Assembly (NCBI GenBank): GCA_913042895.1
Contig: CAJWMQ010000002.1
Span: 1 to 53,692 of the forward strand
From: an uncultured Verrucomicrobiales bacterium
GTDB lineage: Bacteria > Verrucomicrobiota > Verrucomicrobiia > Limisphaerales > UBA1100
DNA: 53,692 bases
Direction: 5' to 3'
Part shown: piece after piece, positions 16,501 to 26,256 of the stretch
Numbering within the stretch: position 1 is the first letter of the stretch
Layout of the letters: each line of letters starts with the position of its first letter
The notes under the pieces: generated by a model
The model's input: the letters and a program-made list of their open reading frames with translations, nothing else
Told to the model about the DNA's origin: nothing
Database searches by the model: none
Made by a program: the position numbers and the translations under genes

Positions 16501-19260
16501 CTAGAAATTTGTGGTGTAGCCCATATTCATTTGGAACTTGGCACCGCCATCGTTATGACCGTCTGTCGTCAGCGGTATAGCCCAATCCAATCTAATCGGA
16601 CCGAGGAAAGGGATTTCCAACCGGAGCCCAATACCAACGTCATCATTGTAACCGCTGAAACTAAAGTCGTAGGCATCCTTGTTCACCACACCGATATCGT
16701 AAAAGGTCGCTACACGAGCCATATCAAATGGCGTGGGCACACTATATTCCATAGTTACGTGCATCATGGTGTTACCTCCAATATAATCACCAGCCGTTCC
16801 ACGTGGCCCCACTTCACGAAAATCATAACCTCGCAGATTTCGCGAACCACCTAACGCATGGCGATACAGGTAGGGAACCGTTTGACTGCCAGTCAAGCTA
16901 TCAATCGTAGCAGCTTGGGATAGCAATTCAATGTTATGCCCTTCGCCCACCCCCTTGAAGTACCATCCACTTTTTATATGGACTCCGTAAAATTCCTTTT
17001 CACTGCCCAGCGCGCCCGGCGCGAAATCCACATCTATGGAGGAACGTTGCCCTTTGGTGGGAATAATGCCGCCGCCTCGTGTATCCAATGTAAGCCCGAG
17101 ACCGATTTTGGAAATCAAGTCGTGCCCGCGTTCGTCCAACAATTCCTGGGAAGCCGTGCTTTTCATATCCACCATCCCGATGCTCTCAACGGTATAACCC
17201 ACCCGACCACGGAAGAAATCATTACCAAACATCGCCCGCTCTAAGCCCAGTACCATGCCGCTTTCTTCAACATCAAATTTGTCATTGTAATATTCCATCT
17301 CCCGACTATAGAGATTCGTTGTAAAGCGCAGCTTTTTACCCATCAGCCACGGCTCCTCGAAATCGAGTTCGTAGTTGTTAAAGTCACCGCCAGCGGTAGT
17401 GCGCAAACGAACCTTCTGACCTCCGCCCTGCCAGAAGTACGGCCGGCGCCAACGCATGATGTCAAAGTTTTCCTGCGCCACAATCACGGAGGCAAAGGCG
17501 CCGTAGTCTGTACTGAATCCGCCACCAATCTGGAACCGGCCTGTATTACTTTCCTTCACGGAGACCACCAAATTTTCCACGGTAGAGCCGCGTTCACGGT
17601 CGCTGTATTCCGGTGTAGCACGTACACTTTCAAATAAACGCAGCCCTTCAATCCGGCCGCGACTATTTTCCATTTTACCGAGATCAAACGGCTCCCCTGG
17701 AGAAATTGCCAACTCACGCCGAATCACAAAGTCCTTTGTCTTCTCGTTCCCTTCGATTTTCACCAAGCCAACATTGATCGGATCACGCTCCCATTTTTGA
17801 ACCCCTTCTTCCTCAAAGAAATGGTCACCTTCCATCACCTGAAAAACCAAATCGATGGTGTTGTTGGCCAGGTTGGGGGATTGTTTCACAACCGCGCTGG
17901 CGTCGATGTAGGCACGATGCCCGTAGGCATCCTCAATGATTTCCAAATCAGAATTTTCGGGCTCATCCACCCGCAAGGCGGCCGGACGAAAGACTTCCCC
18001 GGACCGCAAAACCAGCATGCTCCCCAAAACATCGGAACTGATGACCGGTTTGAAATCCGGAAACAAGACAGGGTCCACCGGCTGAAATTCCCCATCCACC
18101 AGGCGGCCATGCTGAATAGTTACATTGCCCACCAAATACTGCGGGCCTTCATCAACGGTGAAAACAAACGCAACCCGATCCGCTTCATCCAGATAGTCTT
18201 CAAACTCATCCTCCGCATCGTCCAAGACATCTTCCGCATCGTCCAACCTGTCTTCAGCAACATCTACTAAGCGACCAAGCTCGCGCTCGTCATCATCCGC
18301 TCCGGCGTTTTCCAGCCGTCGCTCGGCATCATCCAAATCCTCCACGGTCTGCGCATGATTTGCCCGAGCCTGAAACAGCTTGGTTCGCAGCGTCTCATAT
18401 TCCGGCGACGTCAACACTTTGTCCGCGCCATGGCCAATGGCGACCTTGATGTCCAAATAGCCTTCATCCCGGTAAAATTTTTCCAACTTCTCAACATCCT
18501 CCTCATATTCTCTCGGCAACAAGCGGCCATCATCCACGATCCAGGAAACCGGATTGTACCAAGTGCGACGCTGGCGAATCTTGACGTTCTTACGAAGCTC
18601 CTTGTGGCTAAAGCTCAACTCCGTGTTATTCGCTGATTCGAACTTTAATTCCCCCCTCTCCACACGGAACTTCTCACCTTCGCTAATAATGTATCGCACC
18701 GAGCCGCCCACCCGCTGGCCCTTTACCTTAATGGGGTAATAGCCTTTCTTGCGGTATTCTTCCTCAAGCAATTTCTCATCATTGTGCATCCTGGCAGAGT
18801 TGAATTGCTGGCCCTTGATCATTTGGAGCTTTTTCAGGAGTTTACTTTCTTTAATGGCGAGATATTCCGCATCCATCAGGTCCGCCAAGGCCGGGTTTCC
18901 AATCGGATCCTGCGGACTCAGCTGGCGTCGCAGCAGAAACAGCTTCACATCTGTCACCAACGGAAAGGCTCGAACCTTGAAAGTGAGTTTTATTCCATCC
19001 TCGCCCACCATTTCAGTGACCACCTGCACATCCTCGAAACGACCAGTTTTCATCAGTGCCACCACGTCCTCATTGGTGCGGCCTTCCAAATACACGTCAC
19101 CGGGCTTGAGACGTATGTTGGTTTGCACATAACGCTCGGTCACATTACCGAGCCCCGTAACGTCCACGATGATCTCCGTGATATTGCGCTGGGCGAACAA
19201 TGACGTGCCCGTCATCATTGCGAGCAGACAAATCCAATAAACCACTTTCTCTCTAATCAT
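16501..19260 (-). CDS. bamA: Outer membrane protein assembly factor BamA (POTRA repeats plus Omp85 beta-barrel)
   Basis: Signal peptide MIREKVVYWICLLAMMTGTSLFAQ and POTRA-like repeats (VTIQHGR, VKIEGNEKTKDFVIRREL). The C-terminal barrel ends in an aromatic residue (YTTNF). bamA-skp synteny supports the call. Confidence 0.9.
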   Translation of the reverse strand: MIREKVVYWICLLAMMTGTSLFAQRNITEIIVDVTGLGNVTERYVQTNIRLKPGDVYLEGRTNEDVVALMKTGRFEDVQVVTEMVGEDGIKLTFKVRAFPLVTDVKLFLLRRQLSPQDPIGNPALADLMDAEYLAIKESKLLKKLQMIKGQQFNSARMHNDEKLLEEEYRKKGYYPIKVKGQRVGGSVRYIISEGEKFRVERGELKFESANNTELSFSHKELRKNVKIRQRRTWYNPVSWIVDDGRLLPREYEEDVEKLEKFYRDEGYLDIKVAIGHGADKVLTSPEYETLRTKLFQARANHAQTVEDLDDAERRLENAGADDDERELGRLVDVAEDRLDDAEDVLDDAEDEFEDYLDEADRVAFVFTVDEGPQYLVGNVTIQHGRLVDGEFQPVDPVLFPDFKPVISSDVLGSMLVLRSGEVFRPAALRVDEPENSDLEIIEDAYGHRAYIDASAVVKQSPNLANNTIDLVFQVMEGDHFFEEEGVQKWERDPINVGLVKIEGNEKTKDFVIRRELAISPGEPFDLGKMENSRGRIEGLRLFESVRATPEYSDRERGSTVENLVVSVKESNTGRFQIGGGFSTDYGAFASVIVAQENFDIMRWRRPYFWQGGGQKVRLRTTAGGDFNNYELDFEEPWLMGKKLRFTTNLYSREMEYYNDKFDVEESGMVLGLERAMFGNDFFRGRVGYTVESIGMVDMKSTASQELLDERGHDLISKIGLGLTLDTRGGGIIPTKGQRSSIDVDFAPGALGSEKEFYGVHIKSGWYFKGVGEGHNIELLSQAATIDSLTGSQTVPYLYRHALGGSRNLRGYDFREVGPRGTAGDYIGGNTMMHVTMEYSVPTPFDMARVATFYDIGVVNKDAYDFSFSGYNDDVGIGLRLEIPFLGPIRLDWAIPLTTDGHNDGGAKFQMNMGYTTNF
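18212..18246. repeat. Tandem 21-nt in-frame repeat inside the bamA acidic insert
   Basis: tccgcatcgtccaa occurs at 18212-18225 and again at 18233-18246 (period 21 nt). It encodes the repeated LDDAED heptads. Confidence 0.7.
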
Positions 19261-20785
19261 TCGGCACATCTCCGGGATCAACTCGACTGGCGCTTTCAAA
19301 GCGCGTGTAATGTTTGAGGAAGACCAATGGCACATCCCCCGTTGGGCCGTTGCGCTGCTTGGCCAGAAGCAGGTTCACTGGCACCCCCTCACTTTCATCC
19401 GGCGGACCTCCCTCCCCATCCTCGGAGTACGCCTTGTAAAGCAAGCCAACCAAATCGGCGTCCTGCTCAATGGAGCCGGATTCGCGGAGGTCGGAAAGCC
19501 GCGGTTTGCGGTTCTTGTCCTTCTCCATTTCGCGGTTCAACTGGCAGAGCACAATCACCGGCACACCCAGCTCCTTGGCCAGGCCCTTAATGCCGCTGGA
19601 AATCTCTGCTACTTCCTGCTGGCGGTTATCCGACGCCCGGCGCGAAGTAGAGTGAAGGAGCTGCAGATAGTCAATCACAATGAGTTTTATCCCATACTGG
19701 GAATGCATCCGGCGCGCCTTAGCCCGCAGCTGCAAAATGGACAGGCCCGGCGTGTCATCAATATACAACGGTGCCTTGTGAAGCTTGCCGGCGGTCTGGG
19801 TGATCCTCTGGAAATCGTTAGCATTGAGCAGTCCATCCCGAAGGTTTTTGAAATTCAGCCGCGCATTGGAGCAAATCATACGGGTAACCAGTGACTCCGC
19901 GGTCATCTCCAAACTGAACACCCCGACCGGTACGTTTTCGCTGAGCGTGACGTGCTCCACGATGTTCATGGCCAGAGAGGTTTTTCCCATGGATGGCCGC
20001 GCCGCGATGACAATCATCTCCGCCGCATGCAAGCCGTCGGACATCTTGTCAAAATCCATGAAGCCTGTTGACAAGCCGGACAAACCACCACCGCGTTCGT
20101 GAAAATCCTGAATGCGCGAAATCGCCTGCCCGACCAATTCCTTCATCGTGGAAGCAGCTTCCCCGGCTCGCTCCTCATTGATTTTCTGAATCTTGCCCTC
20201 CACCTCATCGAGCAACCGCGCCACTTCGCCCTCATGCTCATACGCCTCACGAACAATTTCAGTGCAGGTGCGCACGGTTTTACGCAGGAGATATTTTTCC
20301 CAGACGATATTGAAGTAATACTCCAGATTTGCCGCCGACGGCACGGCGTTCATGAGCGTGGAGAGATAGGCCACGCCGCCCACGGACTCGAGTTGTTTTT
20401 TGTCAGTAAGAAATTGTTTGAGCGTGATAATATCAATCGCCTGCTTGGCCTCGTGCAGGTCCAGCATCGACTCGAAGATCACCTGGTGTTTCAGCTCATA
20501 AAAAAACGTCGTCGCATTGTGCGTGTACGAACCGTACTGGCCGCGCTCGCGCTTGGGCAATTCCAGTTGGCGCGGTTCCTTGAGTTTTTCCAGACAGAAA
20601 GTGAGCCCTTCATCCGGATCCAAAAGCAGGCAACCCAGCACGCCCTGTTCGGCCTCAATGGAGTGCGGTGGAGCCCGGTCCACATCGGCTTGCGGCCTCG
20701 CCTGTGACGGGCGGCGCGGAGCCTGCAAGAGATCTTCCATTAGCGGCTCAGGCAGCGGCTCTTCGTTAGCGTCGATCATCGACAT
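19253..20785 (-). CDS. dnaB: Replicative DNA helicase DnaB
   Basis: PHSIEAEQGVLGCLLLDP N-terminal motif, Walker A ARPSMGKTS, then VIDYLQLL, QLNR and ESGSIEQDAD. Confidence 0.95.
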   Translation of the reverse strand: MSMIDANEEPLPEPLMEDLLQAPRRPSQARPQADVDRAPPHSIEAEQGVLGCLLLDPDEGLTFCLEKLKEPRQLELPKRERGQYGSYTHNATTFFYELKHQVIFESMLDLHEAKQAIDIITLKQFLTDKKQLESVGGVAYLSTLMNAVPSAANLEYYFNIVWEKYLLRKTVRTCTEIVREAYEHEGEVARLLDEVEGKIQKINEERAGEAASTMKELVGQAISRIQDFHERGGGLSGLSTGFMDFDKMSDGLHAAEMIVIAARPSMGKTSLAMNIVEHVTLSENVPVGVFSLEMTAESLVTRMICSNARLNFKNLRDGLLNANDFQRITQTAGKLHKAPLYIDDTPGLSILQLRAKARRMHSQYGIKLIVIDYLQLLHSTSRRASDNRQQEVAEISSGIKGLAKELGVPVIVLCQLNREMEKDKNRKPRLSDLRESGSIEQDADLVGLLYKAYSEDGEGGPPDESEGVPVNLLLAKQRNGPTGDVPLVFLKHYTRFESASRVDPGDVPND

Positions 20786-20890
20786 CGAAGAAGCAGCCTA
20801 GCATCCATCCCCCTTTCGGAAGCAACGCGGAGTTACTGGCAACACTCAACCCCTTGTTCACAAGCCATTCGCAGCCAAGGACTCACGCAT

Positions 20891-20916
20891 AAAAAACGGG
20901 GCCTAAAAAGGCCCCG
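20891..20916 (-). terminator. Intrinsic terminator downstream of rplI
   Basis: On the minus strand: stem cggggcc, loop ttttta, stem ggccccg, followed by T6. Confidence 0.75.
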
Positions 20917-20940
20917 CTTGAAATAATTTCAACGGCCGAT

Positions 20941-21456
20941 TTATTCCGCAGCCGCCGCTTCCGTGGTCTCTTCTTCGGCCACCTCAATCGGGTTTTCGCT
21001 TTCCACGAACACCTTCAGCCCAGCCTCGATCTCCGCGTGCAGGTTCAATTTCACGTCGTACTCGCCAACCGCCTTGATGGGCTTGGGCAGGTTCACTCGC
21101 TTCTTCTCCAACTCCACATCGAACTGATTTCGCAGCTCGTCGCAGATAGTGCCAGAGGTCACGGATCCAAACATCTTTCCGCTTTCCCCAGTCTTCACCA
21201 GAATGTGCAGACGCAGGCTCTTGAGTGACTCGTGCAGGTCTCTCATATGCTCCAGCTCCGTTGCCTCACGCTCAGCCCGACGGGCCTTCAGGGCATCCAG
21301 ATAACGTTGGTTGGCGATACTGGCGGGAACGGCCTTGCCCTGGGGCAGGAGAAAATTTCGCGCGTAGCCGGGCGCCACTTTCACCTGATCGCCTTCGTTG
21401 GCGTTCAAGCTTACCACCGGTTCGGTCAGGATTACCTCAATCTCTTTCTTAGCCAT
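20941..21456 (-). CDS. rplI: 50S ribosomal protein L9
   Basis: EVILTEPVVSLNANEGDQVKVAPGYARNFLLPQGKAV is a typical L9 N-domain. Confidence 0.95.
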   Translation of the reverse strand: MAKKEIEVILTEPVVSLNANEGDQVKVAPGYARNFLLPQGKAVPASIANQRYLDALKARRAEREATELEHMRDLHESLKSLRLHILVKTGESGKMFGSVTSGTICDELRNQFDVELEKKRVNLPKPIKAVGEYDVKLNLHAEIEAGLKVFVESENPIEVAEEETTEAAAAE

Positions 21457-21483
21457 GATACTGTTAAGTTAAGTTGTTAAAAA

Positions 21484-21933
21484 TTAAAACGGCACATCGT
21501 CGTCTTCGGCAAACCCACCGCCGCCGCCAGCCGCCGGAGCCGCACCGCCCGCTGCAGGAGCGCCGCCGGAGAAATTACCGCCGCCACCTTCACCCTCACC
21601 ACGGGAATCGATGAACTCGAAAGCATCCATTATGATAGCCAGTTTGCTGCGCTTTTGGCCGGTTTGTTTGTCATCCCATTGATCCATTCTCAAATGACCT
21701 TCGATAAAAATTGGCCTTCCTTTTTTGAGGTATTGGCCAACGGCTTCGCCGCGTTTACCAAATGCCGTAACATCAACAAATGTGACCTCCTCCTGCGTTT
21801 GCCCATCTTGATTGCGCCAGTTTCGGTTAACGGCAAGTCCGATGTTGGTGATGGCCGTCCCATTGGCGGAATATCGCACCTCGGGATCGCGGGTCAGTCG
21901 GCCCATCAGCATCACTTTATTGTAGTTCGGCAT
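21484..21933 (-). CDS. ssb: Single-stranded DNA-binding protein
   Basis: OB-fold N-terminus NKVMLMGRLTRDPEVRY, Gly-rich linker, and acidic tail DDDVPF. Confidence 0.95.
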   Translation of the reverse strand: MPNYNKVMLMGRLTRDPEVRYSANGTAITNIGLAVNRNWRNQDGQTQEEVTFVDVTAFGKRGEAVGQYLKKGRPIFIEGHLRMDQWDDKQTGQKRSKLAIIMDAFEFIDSRGEGEGGGGNFSGGAPAAGGAAPAAGGGGGFAEDDDVPF

Positions 21934-21951
21934 GGTGGCAATCGATCTAGG

Positions 21952-22251
21952 TTAGGCGGCCAAAGGGGCAGCCAAAGTGATTTGTGTTCGGAACACATCC
22001 TCGCGTTTGCGAAGGGCGGTCTTAAACCCCTGCAACGCACTGGCTTCCAGCTCAAAGTGGAGACTCACGTAGAAGCCGCCGCTGTGCTTCTTGTCGGCCA
22101 CACGGGCAAAGGAGCGTCGATCAAGCTTCTGCTCGTTGGTCACGTTACCGCCGGCTTCCTTAATCAGTTCGCCGATGGCCTTAATAATATCGTCCACAGT
22201 GGCACCGCTGGTGTCCGTATCGAGGATAAACAAGCCTTCGTATTGTTTCAC
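21952..22251 (-). CDS. rpsF: 30S ribosomal protein S6
   Basis: Starts MKQYEGLFILD, is 99 aa, and sits upstream of ssb. Confidence 0.9.
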   Translation of the reverse strand: MKQYEGLFILDTDTSGATVDDIIKAIGELIKEAGGNVTNEQKLDRRSFARVADKKHSGGFYVSLHFELEASALQGFKTALRKREDVFRTQITLAAPLAA

Positions 22252-22862
22252 GTTATTTCTTTCTCAGTTGTCTCGTCTAGGAAATCCAGTTTCCCGTTAA
22301 ATTCATTCATCGCCTTCGCGACGCCCTGTTGCAGCCAGCATTCGGTCTGTTGGCGGACCCGCTGGAGCACCAGCCCCAGGTTTCCCACTTCTTCCGCGGC
22401 AAACCGGCCAAGCACGTGTGCGCTCATATCGCGGCCGCTGGACGGCCGACCAACACCGATCCGCAATCGCGGATAATCCGGTGTGGCCAAGTGTTGCTGC
22501 ACTGAGCCGAGCCCGTTATGGCCGCCGTTGCCACCACCGGCCCGCAGACGGATCTGCCCAAAAGGCTGCTCGGTGTCATCCACGATCACCAGCACCCGGG
22601 CGGGAGTGATTTTGTAATAATCACTCACGGCCCCGACTGCTTCGCCGCTGAGGTTCATAAACGTTTGCGGCTGGCAGAGGTGAAGGGTTTTGCCTTTCAC
22701 CGTGACCCGGTTCATACGGGCCTTAAATTTTTTCTCATCCGACCACGTTCCGCCCCAAGCTGAGGCCAGTTCATCCAAGACACGAAACCCGATGTTGTGC
22801 CGGGTGTGGTCGTACTTCGCGCCCGGATTGCCTAGTCCGGCAATGAGATGAGCCTCGTTCAT
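22248..22862 (-). CDS. pth: Peptidyl-tRNA hydrolase
   Basis: LIAGLGNPGAKYDHTRHNIGF and GGHNGL motifs. Confidence 0.95.
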   Translation of the reverse strand: MNEAHLIAGLGNPGAKYDHTRHNIGFRVLDELASAWGGTWSDEKKFKARMNRVTVKGKTLHLCQPQTFMNLSGEAVGAVSDYYKITPARVLVIVDDTEQPFGQIRLRAGGGNGGHNGLGSVQQHLATPDYPRLRIGVGRPSSGRDMSAHVLGRFAAEEVGNLGLVLQRVRQQTECWLQQGVAKAMNEFNGKLDFLDETTEKEIT

Positions 22863-22879
22863 GGCTCATCCAAGCGGCA

Positions 22880-23521
22880 CTATTCGGCCGCGCCGCCTCC
22901 TTCGCCCTCAGCACCTTCTTCAGCATCGGTTGCCTCTTCAGCAGCCTTAGCCTTACCGGATACGCGGGGTTTGGAGATGGAAATCACAGGGTTGCTGGCG
23001 TTACCTAACAGCTCCACACCTTCGGCTGTGGCGACATCGCCCACGTGAAGGGTTTGCCCGATGTCCAGAGCAGAAACATCCACTTCGATAGATTCAGGAA
23101 GTGTACTGGGCGTACCCTTCACTTTAATGTAGCGGAGCACATGCTCCAAAGTGCCGCCACCGGTCTTCACGCCCACGGACTCGCCCATGGGCACAGTCGG
23201 CAGAGTCACGATCACGCTTTGATCGGGCTTCACTTCCCGGAAATCTACATGAAGCGCCTTGCGGCTCACGGGATGGTGCTGCACTTCCTGCACCAAGGCC
23301 AATCGGGTGTTATCGCCCACTTTCAAATCCAGCAACACGGTATCGGAGGAGGCGCTGCTCATAACGCGCTCAAAGGTTTTCTCATCCACTTCCACCAGCG
23401 GATTGTTCTCTTCGCCACCGCCGTAGACGACGCCCGGGACAAGACCGGCCCTACGAGAGGCCTTGTTCCGGTTACGCTTTTTAGTTTCGCGTGGCTGTAC
23501 TTCTAATTCGACTGCGTTCAT
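22880..23521 (-). CDS. rplY: 50S ribosomal protein L25 / general stress protein Ctc
   Basis: RRAGLVPGVVYGGG, QEVQHHPV and LHVDF motifs with an acidic/Ala-rich C-terminal tail. prs-ctc-pth synteny supports the call. Confidence 0.9.
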   Translation of the reverse strand: MNAVELEVQPRETKKRNRNKASRRAGLVPGVVYGGGEENNPLVEVDEKTFERVMSSASSDTVLLDLKVGDNTRLALVQEVQHHPVSRKALHVDFREVKPDQSVIVTLPTVPMGESVGVKTGGGTLEHVLRYIKVKGTPSTLPESIEVDVSALDIGQTLHVGDVATAEGVELLGNASNPVISISKPRVSGKAKAAEEATDAEEGAEGEGGGAAE

Positions 23522-24468
23522 TATCCTATTCGTATCCCGTCAAACTCAAACAGCGAGGTCACCGAGGAATTCGTATGAATCCGCTTGATCGCCTCACCCA
23601 ATAAACCCGCCACCGAACAGGTGGTGAGTTTTACCCCTTCGATTGGGGGGCGGGGAACAGTATCAGTCGTAATTAGTTCGTCAATGTTTGATTTGCGCAA
23701 TCTTTTGATGCCCAAATCGTTCAAAACTGCGTGGGAAACCACCGCAATAATGCGTTTCGCGCCCCGACGCCGCAGAATTTTTGCGGCCGAAACCAGTGTT
23801 CCGGCTGTTTCGGTAAGGTCATCCACCAAAACGACGGTTTTATCACGAACCTTGCCGATGACCGAGACAGTCTCAATTTCCGTATCGCTCATACGCCGCT
23901 TGGCCACGATGGCCAAATCAGCGTGCAACAGCTGTGAATATGCGTGCGCCATCTTGATGCCGCCAACATCCGGGCTCACCACTGCGATCTGCTCGCCCAA
24001 ATCCATGGTCTTAAGATATTCGAACATTACCGGGGCCGCATACAGGTGGTCCACCGGAATATCGAAGAAGCCTTGAATCTGTTGGGCATGAAGATCGACC
24101 GTCAGCACGCGGTTGGCGCCGGCACTGACCAACAGGTTGGCCACCAGCTTGGCACTGATAGGCACACGTGGCTGATCCTTACGATCCTGACGAGCGTAAC
24201 CGTAAAACGGCAGTACGGCGGTGATTCGGTTGGCACTGGCGCGACGGAGGGCATCTATGATGATGAAGAGCTCCATCATGTTCTGGTTCACCGGCGGGCA
24301 TGTGCTCTGCACGATGTAAGTGTCCTCCCCACGCACGTTCTCCTCAATGCGAGCAAAGGTCTCGCCGTTGGGGAAGTCACGCAGCAGCACCTTACCTAGG
24401 GGCACGTCAATGGATTTACAAATGGCCTCAGCCAAGGTCCGATTGGATCTGCCCGCAAAGATTTTCAC
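23521..24468 (-). CDS. prs: Ribose-phosphate pyrophosphokinase
   Basis: KIFAGRSN, YGYARQDRK, VTVDLHAQQIQGFF and VLVDDLTETAGT motifs. GTG start at 24468. Confidence 0.95.
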   Translation of the reverse strand: MKIFAGRSNRTLAEAICKSIDVPLGKVLLRDFPNGETFARIEENVRGEDTYIVQSTCPPVNQNMMELFIIIDALRRASANRITAVLPFYGYARQDRKDQPRVPISAKLVANLLVSAGANRVLTVDLHAQQIQGFFDIPVDHLYAAPVMFEYLKTMDLGEQIAVVSPDVGGIKMAHAYSQLLHADLAIVAKRRMSDTEIETVSVIGKVRDKTVVLVDDLTETAGTLVSAAKILRRRGAKRIIAVVSHAVLNDLGIKRLRKSNIDELITTDTVPRPPIEGVKLTTCSVAGLLGEAIKRIHTNSSVTSLFEFDGIRIG

Positions 24469-24571
24469 CGTTAAGATATATATAGGGTCACGACTACGCG
24501 TTGGAACGGACCTTTCCTAGCCCTCCCACATCGTAGCCGCCAGTAAAAAAATCTCTCCTACGCAAAAAATG

Positions 24572-25075
24572 TTAGACCGCCGGCAAATCCTGGTTGGCCT
24601 CGCCGTCAGCGGTCTGTTGCGTTCGAAAACCCTCGTAGGCCTTTTTGTACTCAGGATATTTGTTGCCGAGAATGGCCGTGGCGAGCAATGCCGCGTTTTT
24701 TGCGCCGGGCTTGCCGACTGCCAGCGTGCCCACCGGCACTCCGCCTGGCATTTGCACCATGGACAACAGAGAATCCAAGCCTTCCGTGCTCCAGGCCTTC
24801 ATCGGCACGGCCAGCACTGGCACAGATGTAATGGCGGCGGTCACACCCGCCAAATGGGCTGCGCCGCCAGCCGCGGCAATGATAACCTCCATGCCGTTTT
24901 CGGTGGAAGCATTCACCCAGCGGTGTAACAGCTCCGGGGTACGGTGTGCTGATATGACCTTGGCCTCGTACGGCACGCCGAGGTCTTTAAGTTGCTTTGC
25001 ACAGTTCTCCATCACGGACCAGTCTGAGTGACTGCCCATGATCACGCCAACCAGGGGTTTGGTTTCCTCGCTCAT
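24572..25075 (-). CDS. purE: 5-(carboxyamino)imidazole ribonucleotide mutase
   Basis: VGVIMGSHSDW, SAHRTPE and AAGGAAHLAGV motifs. Confidence 0.95.
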   Translation of the reverse strand: MSEETKPLVGVIMGSHSDWSVMENCAKQLKDLGVPYEAKVISAHRTPELLHRWVNASTENGMEVIIAAAGGAAHLAGVTAAITSVPVLAVPMKAWSTEGLDSLLSMVQMPGGVPVGTLAVGKPGAKNAALLATAILGNKYPEYKKAYEGFRTQQTADGEANQDLPAV

Positions 25076-25134
25076 GATTCGGGCGGGAAACTAGCGAAGG
25101 CCGCCGGAGGCATCAACCCCCAGTCATCAACAGC

Positions 25135-26232
25135 TTATCCACCCACCCCAATGGTCAGCGCCGGGGCCACCGTTTTGATCTGACCGGCCTGCAGATTGAA
25201 GAGCTGCGTCAGCAGCATGAAGGTGCTTTTGCTCTCCAAATCATTATCCGCAATGTAAAACCACGCTCCACGATACGGCACCGCCACAAACGCATTGGCC
25301 GGCCGGTTGGTGGACGATCGCACCCGAAAGAGGCCGCCGGTCACTTCGTTCCAGTCAAAGGCTTCGCCCTCGGCCGATTGCGTCTGGGTCACCAACCCGG
25401 CCGCTTGATGTCGGGGCGGTACTTCGGCGTTGTGCGAGAGATAAAAAAGAATCCCCATCATCGACCGCGTGCGCACCGCTAAACCGTCCTTCGGCCGGTT
25501 CAGGAAATCGTTGGTCAACCGCAATTGATCGTTTGCGCCTCGCACGCCGAGCAATTCCTTGAGCCGAGCCACCCGATCGGTTGGCGCACCAGGCTTAAGC
25601 TGCAATACCAGATCGTGCCCCTCCTTCATATGCCCGTTGGCATCCGGCTCACATGTTGCTGCGCCCAGTTCTAGGGCATCAGACACCTGAAGTTCGCGCA
25701 GAATCTCCGTCATCTCGGCAAACTGCTCGAAGCGCGGCTCGCGCGTCGGCGTGGGGCCCGATGCGTTGCTGGCGTTATCCAGTCCGTTCGCTCGCTCCAC
25801 GCACACGCTAACTACCCGTTGCACGCTCCAGCCGCTTTGCGTCAGGATCAACACGGCCTCTAACGGCACGGGCGATAGAATTTGTTTCAGGAATTGATCC
25901 CCGCTGAGGGGCGAATACGAGATGGTCGGCGTCTCCTTGTACGTGATGCCGGCCGAGGGCGTCAGCGTATCGCCACCGCGGATGAGCTTCACGCTCGCGC
26001 TTACGTCGCTCTCCACCGACTGCTGCGTCGTCACGCTAGCCACGCCTAGGAAGTACGGGTTGTCTCGGTACTTCAATCGCACAAGGTTCAGCAGAAACTG
26101 CTCGTCGAGACTACGCGAAATGGCGTGGTTATATTGAGGATGCGTTTGCTGCAGTGAAGTTGGCCCCACTGTGCGGCAACCCAATGTCACGCACAACATG
26201 ACCGCCAATAAAACGGTTTTAATTTGGATCAT
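25135..26232 (-). CDS. Lipoprotein of unknown function (365 aa)
   Basis: Signal peptide plus lipobox LCVTLG-C. I recognise no family motif. It lies 24 nt downstream of the dsbD stop on the same strand. Confidence 0.7.
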   Translation of the reverse strand: MIQIKTVLLAVMLCVTLGCRTVGPTSLQQTHPQYNHAISRSLDEQFLLNLVRLKYRDNPYFLGVASVTTQQSVESDVSASVKLIRGGDTLTPSAGITYKETPTISYSPLSGDQFLKQILSPVPLEAVLILTQSGWSVQRVVSVCVERANGLDNASNASGPTPTREPRFEQFAEMTEILRELQVSDALELGAATCEPDANGHMKEGHDLVLQLKPGAPTDRVARLKELLGVRGANDQLRLTNDFLNRPKDGLAVRTRSMMGILFYLSHNAEVPPRHQAAGLVTQTQSAEGEAFDWNEVTGGLFRVRSSTNRPANAFVAVPYRGAWFYIADNDLESKSTFMLLTQLFNLQAGQIKTVAPALTIGVGG

Positions 26233-26256
26233 AACTGGTCGCCCTCCCTGACGAAA

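Noticed and set aside
19253-20785. A possible intein or large insertion in DnaB.
   Set aside because: At 510 aa the protein is only slightly longer than typical DnaB. The extra residues are an N-terminal Pro/Arg-rich extension and a loop of about 20 aa. No intein splicing motifs are seen.
21655-22476. A 273-aa plus-strand ORF across ssb, rpsF and pth.
   Set aside because: It is antisense to three highly conserved housekeeping genes and has no recognisable domain.
24469-24571. A TATATATA element about 10 nt upstream of the prs GTG start, suggesting a leaderless or very short-leader mRNA.
   Set aside because: I found no convincing -35 element at proper spacing, and AT-rich tracts are expected in promoter gaps. 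Evidence is insufficient without 5-prime end mapping.
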